64,000 nt of DNA from Camelus dromedarius (Eukaryota). The stretch covers positions 59,832,001-59,896,000 of the forward strand of contig NC_087436.1 in the NCBI RefSeq assembly GCF_036321535.1, read 5' to 3'. The notes beneath the pieces are model-generated. The model made no database searches, was not told where the DNA came from, and saw only the letters and a list, made by a program, of their open reading frames with translations. How positions within the stretch are numbered: position 1 is the first letter of the stretch; the number at the start of each line of letters is the position of its first letter. Shown one piece after another: positions 1-11,862 of the stretch. The position numbers were made by a program, and so were the translations under genes.

Positions 1-1360
1 TTCATGGATTTAAGGTATATCATTTAAAAAATGTTTAGGGTTGTCAGATAATATAAAATTAATAATGCCTCTGTTTGGACCAATCTTTCTATTTCTCAAC
101 TGCATTCTGAATAAATTAATACCTATATCTTTATTTAAGTTATATTTCAAAGTTTTAAAGATAGTTTTAATACTGCCCAAACTGGTATCCATATAATTGA
201 AAATTATAAAGAAATAGCCCACATCATAAGGACCAGTCTGAGAACACAATGAGTTTTCTCAGAAAGATCTAAATTAGACCACTTCAGACTGAAATTTTCC
301 ACATCTGCTCATCCTTAGCCTCAGAGTTTCACAAATGCACTTCAAATATTAGAAAAAGAGAAACCTTTTGTCCTTATAGAATGGACAAAAGAAAAAGGCT
401 TAAAAATATAGTATTTTAAATTTATTTGAAAGAAAAGAGAATAAAAACTTTCCAAAGTTCTCTTTTAACATCCCACAAACAGCTATCAAAAGCCATGAAA
501 ATACATGCCATAAAGCACCCCACAAAATATGCTACAGAAATTTGTTCATAAAATGCATCTTCCACTTCATCAAACCAGGATTCTTTAGTTAAGGAGCAGC
601 AGATATGGGGACCCTATTACAGAAGTTTATTTTGATTAATTATCCATAAATAAGATAAATAAAGAGTCACTGTACTTTTATTGAACCTGCTATATTTGAC
701 ATGAGAAACACAGAACTAAAAATCATGTAGTTACACTGTCACAAATCACCAGGCAAGAGATTAAACACACTTTTTCCCAATAGTGTTATTAATGCTATCT
801 ATAGGCACAAAATAGAGTGTATGATGTTTTTTATTCTGAAATATAAATAATTGTCAGAATAACCCAAATTTAAACATCCAAACTTATCATTTGATAAGAT
901 TTTATTCTAAATGACTGTTGCTTCCTCTGTCTACTGAAATGAATTGAAATTCCTGAAGATAAAAATCAATCTCAATTTTATTTATCTTCTTCCTCTCCAC
1001 CTCCAACTAGCCAATGAAAAATCTATGACCTGGCAAGCCCAGCATCCTTTCTAAATCTCTTTTTCTGGCAAGAATACCATACTCAATCTTATACTTCCTA
1101 GTTTTGTGTGGCAACAGATTCCCAAAGACATTTAAGCTGGATGTGACTCTTCACTTACAAACGATGTGACTAACGTATCTCAAGGAACTGAGACAGGGTT
1201 AGGCATGTAACGAGGATAAATAAATGGTGTGGAATAAATGAATAAATGATTGAGAAAACTTTGTCTTCTATTAAAGAAAAGATACATCAGCAGATTTTTA
1301 AAAAATTTATGATGTTATGCAAATGCATAGAATACATTTTTAGAAATGCAGCAATGCATA

Positions 1361-1838
1361 CAGACATAACCTTGGAGATATTGAGGGTTTGATTCCAAAT
1401 TACCTTAATAAAGCAAATAATGCAATAAAGTGAGTCACACAAATTTTTTGGTTTCCTAGTATATATAAAAGTTATATTTGCACTATACTATATTAAGTGT
1501 GCAATACCATTACGTCTTTAAATAAAAACAATGTACACACCTTAATTTAAAAATACTTCATTGCTAAAAAAGCTAACCATCATCTGAGCCTTCAGTGAGT
1601 CAGAGTAATAACATCAAAGATCACCAAACACAGATCATCATAACATATAATAATAATAAAAAAAACTTTGAAATATTGTGACTTACCACAATGTGACACT
1701 GAGAAATCAAGTGAGCAAATGCTGTTGGAAAAATTGTGCCAACAGACTTGCTCCTTGCCACAAACATTCAATTTGTTAAAAAAAAGCAGTATCTGCGAAT
1801 TTCAATAAAGCAAAGTGCAATAAAATGAGGTGTGTCTG
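1361..1838 (-). mobile_element. Internally deleted Tigger1-derived DNA transposon (TcMar-Tigger MITE)
   Basis: Both Tigger1 ends are present (cagacataaccttggagatattg... and ...aataaaatgaggtgtgtctg), flanked by TA at 1359-1360 and 1839-1840. Confidence 0.85.
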
Positions 1839-2921
1839 TAGTTAGAAACAAGCAATGCATAGTCAAAATGGAAAAACACAAATATGTTCATTAAAAAATA
1901 TATTTACTAAATATTTGAAAACATGTTTAATATATAAGAAAAAGTTAAAAGAATCAAAAATATAAGAAGTTAGAATATAACATATAAAATGAGACAAAAA
2001 ATAAAAGTAATATGAGTTCAAAAATTTCAAATAAATAAATAATAAGGATTTCCTTTTTATAATACAGCTTATGTTAGATATTTCATTACATTCCACTATA
2101 TTCCATTAGATAAACTACTCAACATTAGACCTTGAAAAATAAATATTGTTAAATAAAATATCCCAATGAATTAACATAATCTGATTTCAATTTTATACTA
2201 CAACACAAACGAAACTTAAAAGATCCTATGATCTTTCATGATTCAAATTAACTAAAATATTTTTGAGGAATTGTATATTTTTAAATAAATATAAAACTAT
2301 GCCACTGTATATGTTTTAAAATAAGGAAACATTTATTTGTGGAAAGTAGAACATCAAAATGTCTCAAGTCATATGAAATATAAAATAGGTACGGTGGTGG
2401 CTGAATTTGGGAGGAACTCCTAAAATACAGGTAAAAAATAAAGCATTTCAAGATTTTATTCAGCTTTATAAATTGATATTCTGTTGTGCTGAAATGTTGA
2501 TATAAATAACTGATTCTGACAGGGGTGTCTACTGTAATTTTAATTTAGTTTAATTCTTGTTTTATTTCTTTAATACCTATGTTTGTTTTATTAAAAATAC
2601 TTTGTTAGTTTGCCTTTCTAGGCTAAAAACAATAAATTCACATTGCAGGAGAAAATATCAGTGTACAGATATGCAAAGGAAAAGCCAACCATTTTCTTCT
2701 ACCTTTCTATTCCTTGTAAGGTAAACTGTGACAACAGTTTTATGTACAGCATTTATCATATGCCCATGCTTTTATAAACATAAAACATATAAAAACATAT
2801 ACAAACATATAAAGTTATACAAGCATATAAATATATTTTTATTAAAAACTTATACTATATTCATGACTATGCAACTTGCTTTCAAGAGTAAATAATCTAT
2901 TATTAAAAATAAAAACAAGTA

Positions 2922-3071
2922 GGGGGAGGTATAGCTCACGTGGTAGACCGCATGCTTAGCATGCTAGGTTCAATCCCCAGTACCTCCTCTAAAAATAAAC
3001 AAAGAAACCTAATTACCTCCCTGTCACAAAACAAGAAAAGAAAAAGAAAGTTTAAAAAAAATTTAAAAAAT
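2922..3071 (+). mobile_element. tRNA-derived SINE of camelid type (vic-1-like)
   Basis: Head GGGGGAGGTATAGCTCACGTGGTAGA (A box) ... GGTTCAATCCCC (B box), followed by an A-rich tail. The 16-bp TSD aaaataaaaacaa(g/a)ta lies at 2906-2921 and 3072-3087. Confidence 0.85.
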
Positions 3072-3583
3072 AAAATAAAAACAAATACACAAAACTTACA
3101 AAGATCCGAAAATTGGAAATTCAAAGCAAGATTAATTTTTCTTAGAAATATGGACTTGTATTTCCACAGAAATCTATTTTATGAAGACAAGTAGGTTGTC
3201 TGGTAAGAAATATATGGCAATTGAAATACTTACAATGTATGCAGACAGATCGCTAATTCTCTACTTCAAAAGTAATAGCCATATTTTCAGCAAAAAAATT
3301 GATAAATTTGATAGATATATTCTTCCAGTACTATTTCTACAATCACATGTAAATATTTTTATAAAGGATACCACAAAACTAGGAAGTCTTGATTCTAGTA
3401 TTAACATGTGGCTACATTATTTTACTGCAATCTTAGTCATCTTAAATTATAAAAATTTTATTTCTAAATATATTGAATTTAATGCATTGGGTTTGTTTAT
3501 TTAGGGTATTACTTATAGACTTATGATTTTTTAATTTATTCATAAATTATTTCTAAAGGAAGAACATTTTACACATAATCTTC

Positions 3584-4015
3584 AGTAAGAACTGTGAAGG
3601 TTCTGAGATCTTACTTAATGACTATAAATGAATCAACATGCCAGTTTCCTGTGTATTAGCAGAAAACTTGAGACTCCTGGGTCAGAGGCAAGGACTTTAT
3701 TACTCAAGATACAGCAGCAGGATGAGTTTAATGTTTCCATCAGCTCCCCTGTGCACCTTGCCCCCAAATCCCACTGGGGGCTACATGGAGCATCCCCAGC
3801 GTGTGTGGCACACACACAGTGTCACAGCTGAAGAAACCCGAGCTTAGTAAACTACAATCTTTTAAAGGTGCTGCTAGCAATCTGCCCCAACTTTGTCCTA
3901 GAGGGAGGCATTATCTACTACTGCGGTCCAAAGTGAATTTACCCTCAGCCCCAGAGGCAGATACTATCTCTGTCTTCTTAGATCAATCCATGTGGGTTTG
4001 TCATAGAGGATAACA
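3584..4015 (-). mobile_element. ERVL LTR40-like solo LTR (partial)
   Basis: agaactgtgaagg..tctgagat...gagactcctgggtcagagg..aggactttattactca matches the reverse-complemented LTR40a 3' end. It is homologous to the copy at 42781. Confidence 0.75.
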
Positions 4016-4389
4016 CTTAGGTCAAGTAGCATAATGGTTTATATGAGTGTTGGTTTTGCTGCTGGCTTAATAGTATTTAAAATAATTATATAAATTAAAT
4101 ATTTTGATATTTGATCTATGTGAATTTATGTGTCAGTACAATATTAAAGACATAAAATTCAAAAAGAATGAACCTGGTATCCTTTATCTTGTAAAATCTA
4201 GAAATCAGGATTCAAGGTTATAAGAATCAGCAAGTACTCAATAACCACCTGTGGGATCACTTCAGTTAAAATTAAAAAAAACAAATGAATTTAAGACATT
4301 TATTTAGGCAATAAAATTGTCTTCCTTCTCTCTGAAATGTCTATATACTCTCTTCTTACACTGAAGAATACTTAGTCAGTCTACCTGTC

Positions 4390-4850
4390 CCCACTGTTGT
4401 GTTAGGTGCTCTGGGAAATACAAAGGAAGCAAACATGTGGTCTTTAGCTGGGAACACATGCACTGATCTCAGTAGCAACTAACTTATAGTGCAGGGACGT
4501 GGATGACTAAATGCCTGTAAGAGCCAATAAGGACATCAAGCTTCGAAGGCTTATTAAAGAGATGAAATTTAAGGTTAAAAATTTGCACAGGCAAATCTGG
4601 TGGAGAAGGGCATACCAAGCCTTAGGGAAAAAAATGTACAAAAGTTTTCAGTAAGAAATCAACATGGCATATCTAGAGAATAATGAAAAGGGCACATTGA
4701 CCAGAGCAGAGCAGAGACATTAATGGGGAGATAAAACTAGATAACCAAATTACGAAGAGCTTTGAATAAAGGTTGAGGAGTTGGACTTTATTTTCTATAA
4801 AATAAGGGTTTGCTGGAATTTATTGAAGAAAAACAGCATGATGAAATAGA
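4390..4850 (-). mobile_element. Degenerate L2 fragment
   Basis: Purine-rich L2-like motifs (taggtgctctggg..., gaggagttggactttatt). Confidence 0.5.
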
Positions 4851-4974
4851 TAAGAATGAATTCGGGAAGAGAATGGAGAACCTTAATAGTTAGTCTCTCC
4901 CTGTCTCTCTTTTTCTCTTTCTCTTTCTGTTTGTTTTCAACTATGAAACAATTATTAGTCTTCTCACATATTAT

Positions 4975-5125
4975 TATTTAACTCTTCATTCTACTGATGA
5001 GGAAACAAAGTAGGAGACATTATAACTTCCCCAAAGGCACTAGTATGCAAATGTAAGAGGTGAGATTCTATCTAAAGTCCATGTGATATAATAGCTTATG
5101 CTCTTAAACACTTTGCAATGCTGCT
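4975..5125 (-). mobile_element. MIR fragment
   Basis: Core-like ctgatgaggaaac...aacttccccaaagg...ctcttaaacact. Confidence 0.55.
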
Positions 5126-5398
5126 TCTTGGTTATGAGACTACTATAATACTTCATATATTATAGTCAACGAAAATTTTAATTAAAGAATTGATTACAGA
5201 AAACAATATAGGGAATAAATGATGAGAGAGAAAAGAAAGATTTTAGAGATTTAGTGACACATTGGCCAAGAAGAAAGCTGTAAGCTTCGGTATTTAGGAA
5301 AATGGTGGTGAAAATAACACTTAGCTATTTGGGGAGAGGGAATATTAGTACTAAGAAGCACCATTCATAAACACATTGAATGTGAAGGAGGGTGACAT

Positions 5399-5688
5399 AC
5401 CAGGAACCTCCCCGAGGTACCAAAATCCTCAAATGCTCAGGTTCCTCATAAAAAATATGTAGTATTTGCATGAAACCTACCCACATCTTCCTGTATACTT
5501 TAAATCATCCCTAGACCACCCATATTACCTAATACAGTGTAAATGCTATGTAAATAGTTGCCAGCAAATGGCAAATTCAAGTTCTGTTTTTTGGAAATTT
5601 CAAGATTTTTTTCCCCCCGAAAATGTTCACTCATACATGGTTGGTTGAATCCTTGGATGCTGAACCCATGGATGTGGAGGGCTGGCTG
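5399..5688 (+). mobile_element. MER2/MER2B (Tigger-family MITE), 5' end missing
   Basis: gtagtatttgca..aacctac.cacatcttcctgtatactttaaatcatc...ggttggttgaatcc...ggagggctggctg followed by TA. Confidence 0.8.
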
Positions 5689-6072
5689 TATTTAAGAAGA
5701 GAGATGATCAGCAAGTGAAGAGAAGGGGCCAGAGAGGTGGTGCTTTCTTCCATTCACCAATTATCTCCCATCTTTTCATTTCAAAATTGTATTTTTTTAA
5801 AGAATGACTGTTCCAATTTATAACCTTCCTTTTCTCATCATAATTTTCATCCAAAATCTATTAGAATTCTGGAATCCCACCTATCCTGTCACTATATTAA
5901 TTTGTTCTTTTCTAAAATCAAGGACTTCATTTTTAATCTACTCCCACAAACTCTTCATTGTCCTTTCTTCTATAGAAAATTTGACTATGACAACCCTTTC
6001 CTTTTCATTTAAGAATATTCTCCCCTTTACCCCCACTCTTTTGATCTTTTTTTCACCAGATCTATATTTTTT

Positions 6073-6315
6073 AATTTTTTAAATGTATTTTAATTTTTTT
6101 TTAGTTGAAGTATAGTCAGTTTACAATGGTTTGTCAATTTCTGGTTTACAGCATAATATTTCAGTCAAACATACACATACATATATTCCTTTTCATATTC
6201 TTTCTCATTATAGGTTACTAAAAGATACTGAATATAGTTCCCTCTGCTATTCAGTAGAAACTTGTTGTTTAGCTATTTTATACATAGTAGTTAGTACCTG
6301 CGAATCTCAAACTGC
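6073..6315 (-). mobile_element. 5'-truncated young L1 3'-UTR end
   Basis: Poly-T followed by gttgaagtatagtcagtttacaat...aatatagttccct. Flanking direct repeat ccagatctat(at/gc)ttttt at 6056-6072 and 6316-6332. Confidence 0.85.
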
Positions 6316-6335
6316 CCAGATCTATGCTTTTTTGG

Positions 6336-6576
6336 AGAGGCAGCATAAATGGTGGTTAAGAGTATGTGCTCTGAAGCTCTGAATGCTTTGGCTATTCAAA
6401 ATCCTAGCTTCAAAATATCTAACCACTGTGAATTTCAACTTCCTTACCTATGAAATACAGATGATAATAAGAACACTATTATCACAGGGCTGTTAGGAAG
6501 ATAAAATGGGATAATATTTGTAAAAGACAATAATAATGGCTGACACACTATAAGCCCTATATAAATGTTAGCTAAT
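6336..6576 (+). mobile_element. MIR SINE
   Basis: ggcagcata..gtggttaagag...cacagggctgttaggaagataaaatgggataat...ataaatgttagcta. Confidence 0.75.
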
Positions 6577-7477
6577 TATTTTATAAGTCTGCTTCTTTGC
6601 ATACCTTACCTCTGTTCTCTTCTTCAGACTCACTTATTTCTATGCTTCTCTCTTAACCTTCGCTTCACAAATCACAGAATGATAATGAATTACATCAGCA
6701 TTTAAGCATATCTGAGCAAATAAATGCACAAATGCGTACCTTTAGGCATGGCTTTTATCATAGCCTCTTCTGTGTTGATGACTTATTCACAAGTCATACA
6801 AATAAGCCACTTGGATAAGACACTAGTAGGTCAAATCCAACATAAATCAAATCAAGCTGATGATTTTGTCTCCAGAGCTAGAATTTTGAAATTTCTCCTT
6901 AATGTTGGGCAGTGCCATTCCTTCCACTCCCCAGGTTTATAATATCAGGACAATTTTTCATGTGTTTTCTCCTCAATCCCTATACAAAATCAGTCATGTA
7001 TCTCTTCATTTCAACCACAACGTTCAGTTCCCTCTCTTTTTCTAGATACCTCTTGACTCTGCTCCACTCCACACCTTCATTACCTTAAACCTGGGTCACT
7101 CTAAGTTGATCTTTATCCCCTCAATAATCTACTCCGGAAAATCCTGCATGTTGACCACAAAAGGATTTCTAGCCAGGACTGCTACTTTCAGGCAAAAAAT
7201 CAGCAGGAAATTAACTAAACCTCTTGGCCTCTTCATTTAACAATGAAACCGTTCAGGGAGTATTGCCCCTTTCTTAAAACAGAATGGTACAGAGCCCTTC
7301 TGGCACATGCACAGATGAATGTGTCAGAACAAGCAGCTAGTTTCTGTTTTTTTAACTAATGTTGTAAGACTATGTCATTCTCTTGGTGGTCCTCTGCACC
7401 AGAACAGCAAAGTGCTCAGGATCTCTGTGTAGAAATCTACTTTTGACTTGGTTCCTTCTCTTTGGGATGTTGGCTAG

Positions 7478-7815
7478 TATATTAGTTTTCTAGGGCTGCC
7501 ATAACAAAACACAAGAGACTGGGAGGTTCACATAACAAAGATTAATTTTCTCAGAGTCCTGGAGCCCAGAAGTTAAATGTTAAGGTGTTGGGAAGTTTGA
7601 TTTCTCCTTTGTTTACATGTGACCATCTTCTCTCTGTGTGTTTACATGGTCTTATCTCTGTGCCAGCTTTTATTTTTACTACAAGGACACGAGTCATACC
7701 AGATGAGGGCCCCATCCTCATGATTTCATGTAACCGTAATTACTCCTTCAAAGGCCCTGTCTCCAAATACAGTCACACTGGGGTTAGAGCTTCAGTATAT
7801 GGATTTGGGGGGCTA
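7478..7815 (-). mobile_element. MaLR LTR (MLT1A/B-like)
   Basis: tattagttttctagggctgccataacaaaa...tctccaaatacagtcacactggggttagagcttca. Confidence 0.8.
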
Positions 7816-10800
7816 TCTCTTGAACTGTGTTTGACACCAATATAAACTTCAGTCTCTAAGCTCAATTTTATTTTCTGAATCCAAGAAACTTGTATACCTC
7901 TCTTTTGGGAGCAAGTCCTGTCTTCTTTCTTTCCTTCTATCCTTCCTTTCCTCCTCTTTCCATTGTTTCTTTTTGTAGCCTAAGAAATTGTTATTCAGTC
8001 AATATTTGTGGAAAAAACTGAACAGAAGATTGTGAGTTTCTGTACAAACTGAATTAAGAGGCCTATAAAATAAAATACTAATAACCTAATATTAAATTTA
8101 AAAAATAAATACAAAGCCCAAGCAGTTAGTCAATTTAAAAAAAAATCCTCTTAAGAAGTGGAGGCTCAATTAAAATACAATATAAAATACCTCATTTAAA
8201 AAATTTTTCCCATTTAGATTTTGAATACAGGCATGACTCTCTTTTATTCTAAAATATCACCTATCACAAGCCAAGTAACAATGGTTAATACTTACTAACT
8301 GATAAGTTCCTTTATTCATCCAGATTTCTTACTATGTTGAACTTTTACTTCCAAACCTCTTAGGACAAAGTCCATTTGAACTTGTCCTAATGAAGAGTAA
8401 AATAAAGATCTGAATTTTCCTGTTTTTATTTTCCTATGTGGCATCCTACAATCAGTGTTACTTTAAAAGAAATATTTTGTGTACATTTTAAAATATCAAC
8501 ACTATTTTAAAAATTGTCACTTTTCACAATGATTTATCACTACTGAGTATTCATTTCATTCATATTACTTACCTAACAAATACATAGCACACTTGTGAGA
8601 AAAAAAGCTATGATCGTTTTTGTTCTAATGTTTTGTTTTAATTTTCAGAGCACAGTATAAGGAACATTTCTAAGAGGTTTGACATAGTAATAGTTGCTAA
8701 ATTGATCAATATCTCTATGATGTCTACAAAACTCTGTTAAAGATAATAAACATAGTCACACGTATCTATCTGGGAAAAAAAAATAGATACAGAATTAGCA
8801 GAGTTACTACTTCTCAAACACAAACAGTAGAGTACCTGTCCCTGCCCATGTCTCACGCTCAGAAATTATACAGAAAACACTTCCATGAAGCTTGTGGCAG
8901 GTCGTCAACTTGACTCACTTAGTTAGTAAAAACCTCACCGAAGTTTATAATCAGGAAAACAGTTGTTAAACTACCATGAACAGCTACAGGTGTTAAGGAA
9001 AATAATTCTCATTATAATGAGATAAACGAGGTTTCCTTAATTAAAGCTAAATGCTTGACTATTATTCCATGACCAAGAATTCAGTTTGCGGGGGAAGCCT
9101 GATGAGCTGAGAGACTGGATATCTGAAGCACTGGTAGAAAAGCACCTTTTCTCTTGGGCTGTGATTTACAATGAAAAGAGTATGTCGGGGGTAGGGAGGA
9201 AGGGGAAAGAACCGGGAAATCCTAAGTCCTGCGTGAGGACATATTTTGTAAGATTTAAAGTGGAGCCCAGGTCACTCTTGCTGTGTTTCGTCAAACAAAC
9301 CAGGAATTTCCTTAAGGTAGTAAAAATATATGAAATGTCTGAAGGGTAATATAAAAGGCAGGGAGAGGTGGGTTGTTAAAAGGTAATCTATTCCTTGTAT
9401 TACTACTAAGAGGGAGAAAGATCAGTGCACGGGCAACAAAGGTGAAAGAGCCAAAACGCAGGCAGGAACAGTAAACTAAGTGAATCTAGTGAGGAAAGCA
9501 GGTACGAGACGACAACAGGATACCGAGAAGGACTCAGAAGGAAGACTGAATGCAGACATATGGCCACATGTGCCTCTAATGAGCATGCCTGAATGTCTGG
9601 CAAGGTCATAAGGATCTTTTAATAAGGCCAGATCTAATCTGCCGGGAAAGAAACAAATAGATGACAACTACAAACTTAGGGCCTTTACTTTTTGGACCTA
9701 TTTTTAAGAGACTTTTCAACCCTGCCTCTCAACCACAACACATACAATATACATATTCAACAACCTCCAACAAAACCTACATACCTGTGCACATGCACCC
9801 GCACGTGTGGATGTGCACACACACATGGGTGGTATCCTGGTAGCTCATCAATTCTCTAATATTGCAATATTCTAAAATCCATACTTGAATTACTATATTG
9901 TGTGACTAGCTTTCAACAATAATTCCTGCATTTGCTGTACATGTAGACATTATCTGTAGGATTTTTGCTCCCAAAAATCAGTACCAACAGTTTCTTTGCC
10001 TGTGGTTCGCAGAGTTATATATATCCACAGCAATTTTAAGTGCCTTTTTGCCCTCTGTTAATTACTAAAAAATTGTTTCCTTTTCTGAAGTTTTCTTGAT
10101 GGAAGAAGTATAGTGTTGGTAGGTACTAAACAATTTGCCAGTAAGACAGATAGTCTTGAATGTCAACTAAGTAAAGAGAAATGTCCAAAAGAAACAATTC
10201 AAGAATATTTACAGGTTGCAATTATCTCTCCAGTGGCAGTTACATTTGACATAGCCTCAGCCAAGGAAATTTCTAAAGTCCTTAAATAAAAGAATATTTT
10301 TCAAGAATGTGTAGTGAATTAGGAAGCATTATAATATTACAAAACGGGCTTTAGGTTTCAAAAGCAGTAGAGGTATACTGGGACATAGCACTTCCAGCAG
10401 ATACTGAATTAGACCACACTCTATCTATAACCATGTGTCCAAACCACGGTAGATGATCCAAGAGTTAAATGAAACAAAGCAATAGGCTGACTGCCAGTTT
10501 TTTGGAAAGCCCTAAATAAGAAATAAATATCATAATATAATTAAGGTAACCATAAATTATAATTAAATTTCATCCTAGATTACGTTATTAAAACAATGTT
10601 TTAAATCATAAGTGGTAAATCTAGACAAAGTGCCACCTTGAGGGAAAGCAGAATTATTTAGGGAAAGAGGGAGATGAATTAAAATCATATGTTGGCTGCA
10701 AACAAAAGCTAAGAAAAAGCACTTCTGTAACACAGAATTCCTTGCAAGAAAATAATTTTAAAAAAGACTTGTTTCAGCAAACATTTATTAATATTTGTTA

Positions 10801-11169
10801 AAAACAAAATTTTGGAAAAATTATAAAATCTAAAGACAGGTGCTATATTTGGACATATTATTTATTCAGTGATATCAATCTAAAATTTACTATAAAATCA
10901 TGCAATTTCATCATTGGTTTAGCAGTACTTAGAAATTCTGTGAACCAGCAAAATAATCTCTGCAACAAAACTGGGGCTCAAGGGCCAGACTTCAGCTCTG
11001 GAGAATGCAAGAAATAGGAACACCAAAATCACAGGCCAGTTCTAGGGGAAATAAGAAGCATGTATGTGCTATGAAGCCAGAATCAAATCTCAATCTGGGT
11101 AAGAAGTTTAAAAGTAGTATTAAAATAAGTTTTTGAAAAGTGGGGAGGACAGGGGAGCAAAGGGAACTA

Positions 11170-11635
11170 ATATTTACTTAGACCTTTCCTTGTCAGACAC
11201 AATTTAAATCTAATCTTCACAATAAAATTTATAAGAATTTTTATCCTCTTTTTCTCCATGTGGAAACATAACGCTCCTCAAAGAAAGTGAATAAAACAGA
11301 ATAAATATTGAGGAATTGTTGTAGATCTAAGTAAGATGTGACTTCAGGTTTGCCTCATGGCAAATCCATGATCTTTCTTTCACTAGTTGTTCTCAGACTT
11401 TGTGATAGTAAAGTAACAACTAATACACATTGAGCATTTGCTATGTGTCCAACTGTTCCATCCATTTTAAGCATATTAACACATTTAATATTGTCCACAA
11501 ACCTAAGTGATATGTTAGTATTATTATCTGCAGGGTTGGTTTAACTTGCCTAGGGTCACTCAGCTAGTAAGTAAAGAGATGGGATTTAGACCCTATGTTT
11601 TGGCTCCTTAATCTAATTCTCTTAACCACACAGTG
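11170..11635 (-). mobile_element. Two adjacent MIR fragments
   Basis: MIR motifs tgagcatttgctatgtg, aacttgcctagggtcactcagctagtaagt and ctcttaaccac. Confidence 0.6.
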
Positions 11636-11699
11636 CCTCCTTTTGATACATTAATCACCTCTCTCTGAAGGAGTATGGAATGACTGGCTGAGAACAAAA

Positions 11700-11862
11700 A
11701 CAAAATCTGGCCTGCTGCCTTTTTTTGTAAATAAAATTTTATGGGATTCTAGCTATGTTCATTGGTTTAGGTCATATAGCTGCTTTCTTACTACAACTTA
11801 CTTGAGCTGTTGCAATCCTGACTACATGGCCAGGACTTTACAGTAAAAGTTTGTTAATCCAT
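11700..11862 (+). mobile_element. MER58A (hAT-Charlie MITE)
   Basis: aaatctggcctgctgcct.ttttgtaaataaaattttatggga...ctttacagtaaaagtttgttaatcc. Confidence 0.7.

Noticed and set aside
2772..2835. Degenerate aaacatata tandem repeat
   Set aside because: Low-complexity slippage typical of AT-rich introns, with no sign of function.
2922..2990. Functional tRNA gene
   Set aside because: The spacer is shortened, there is no complete cloverleaf, and an A-rich tail and TSD indicate a SINE.
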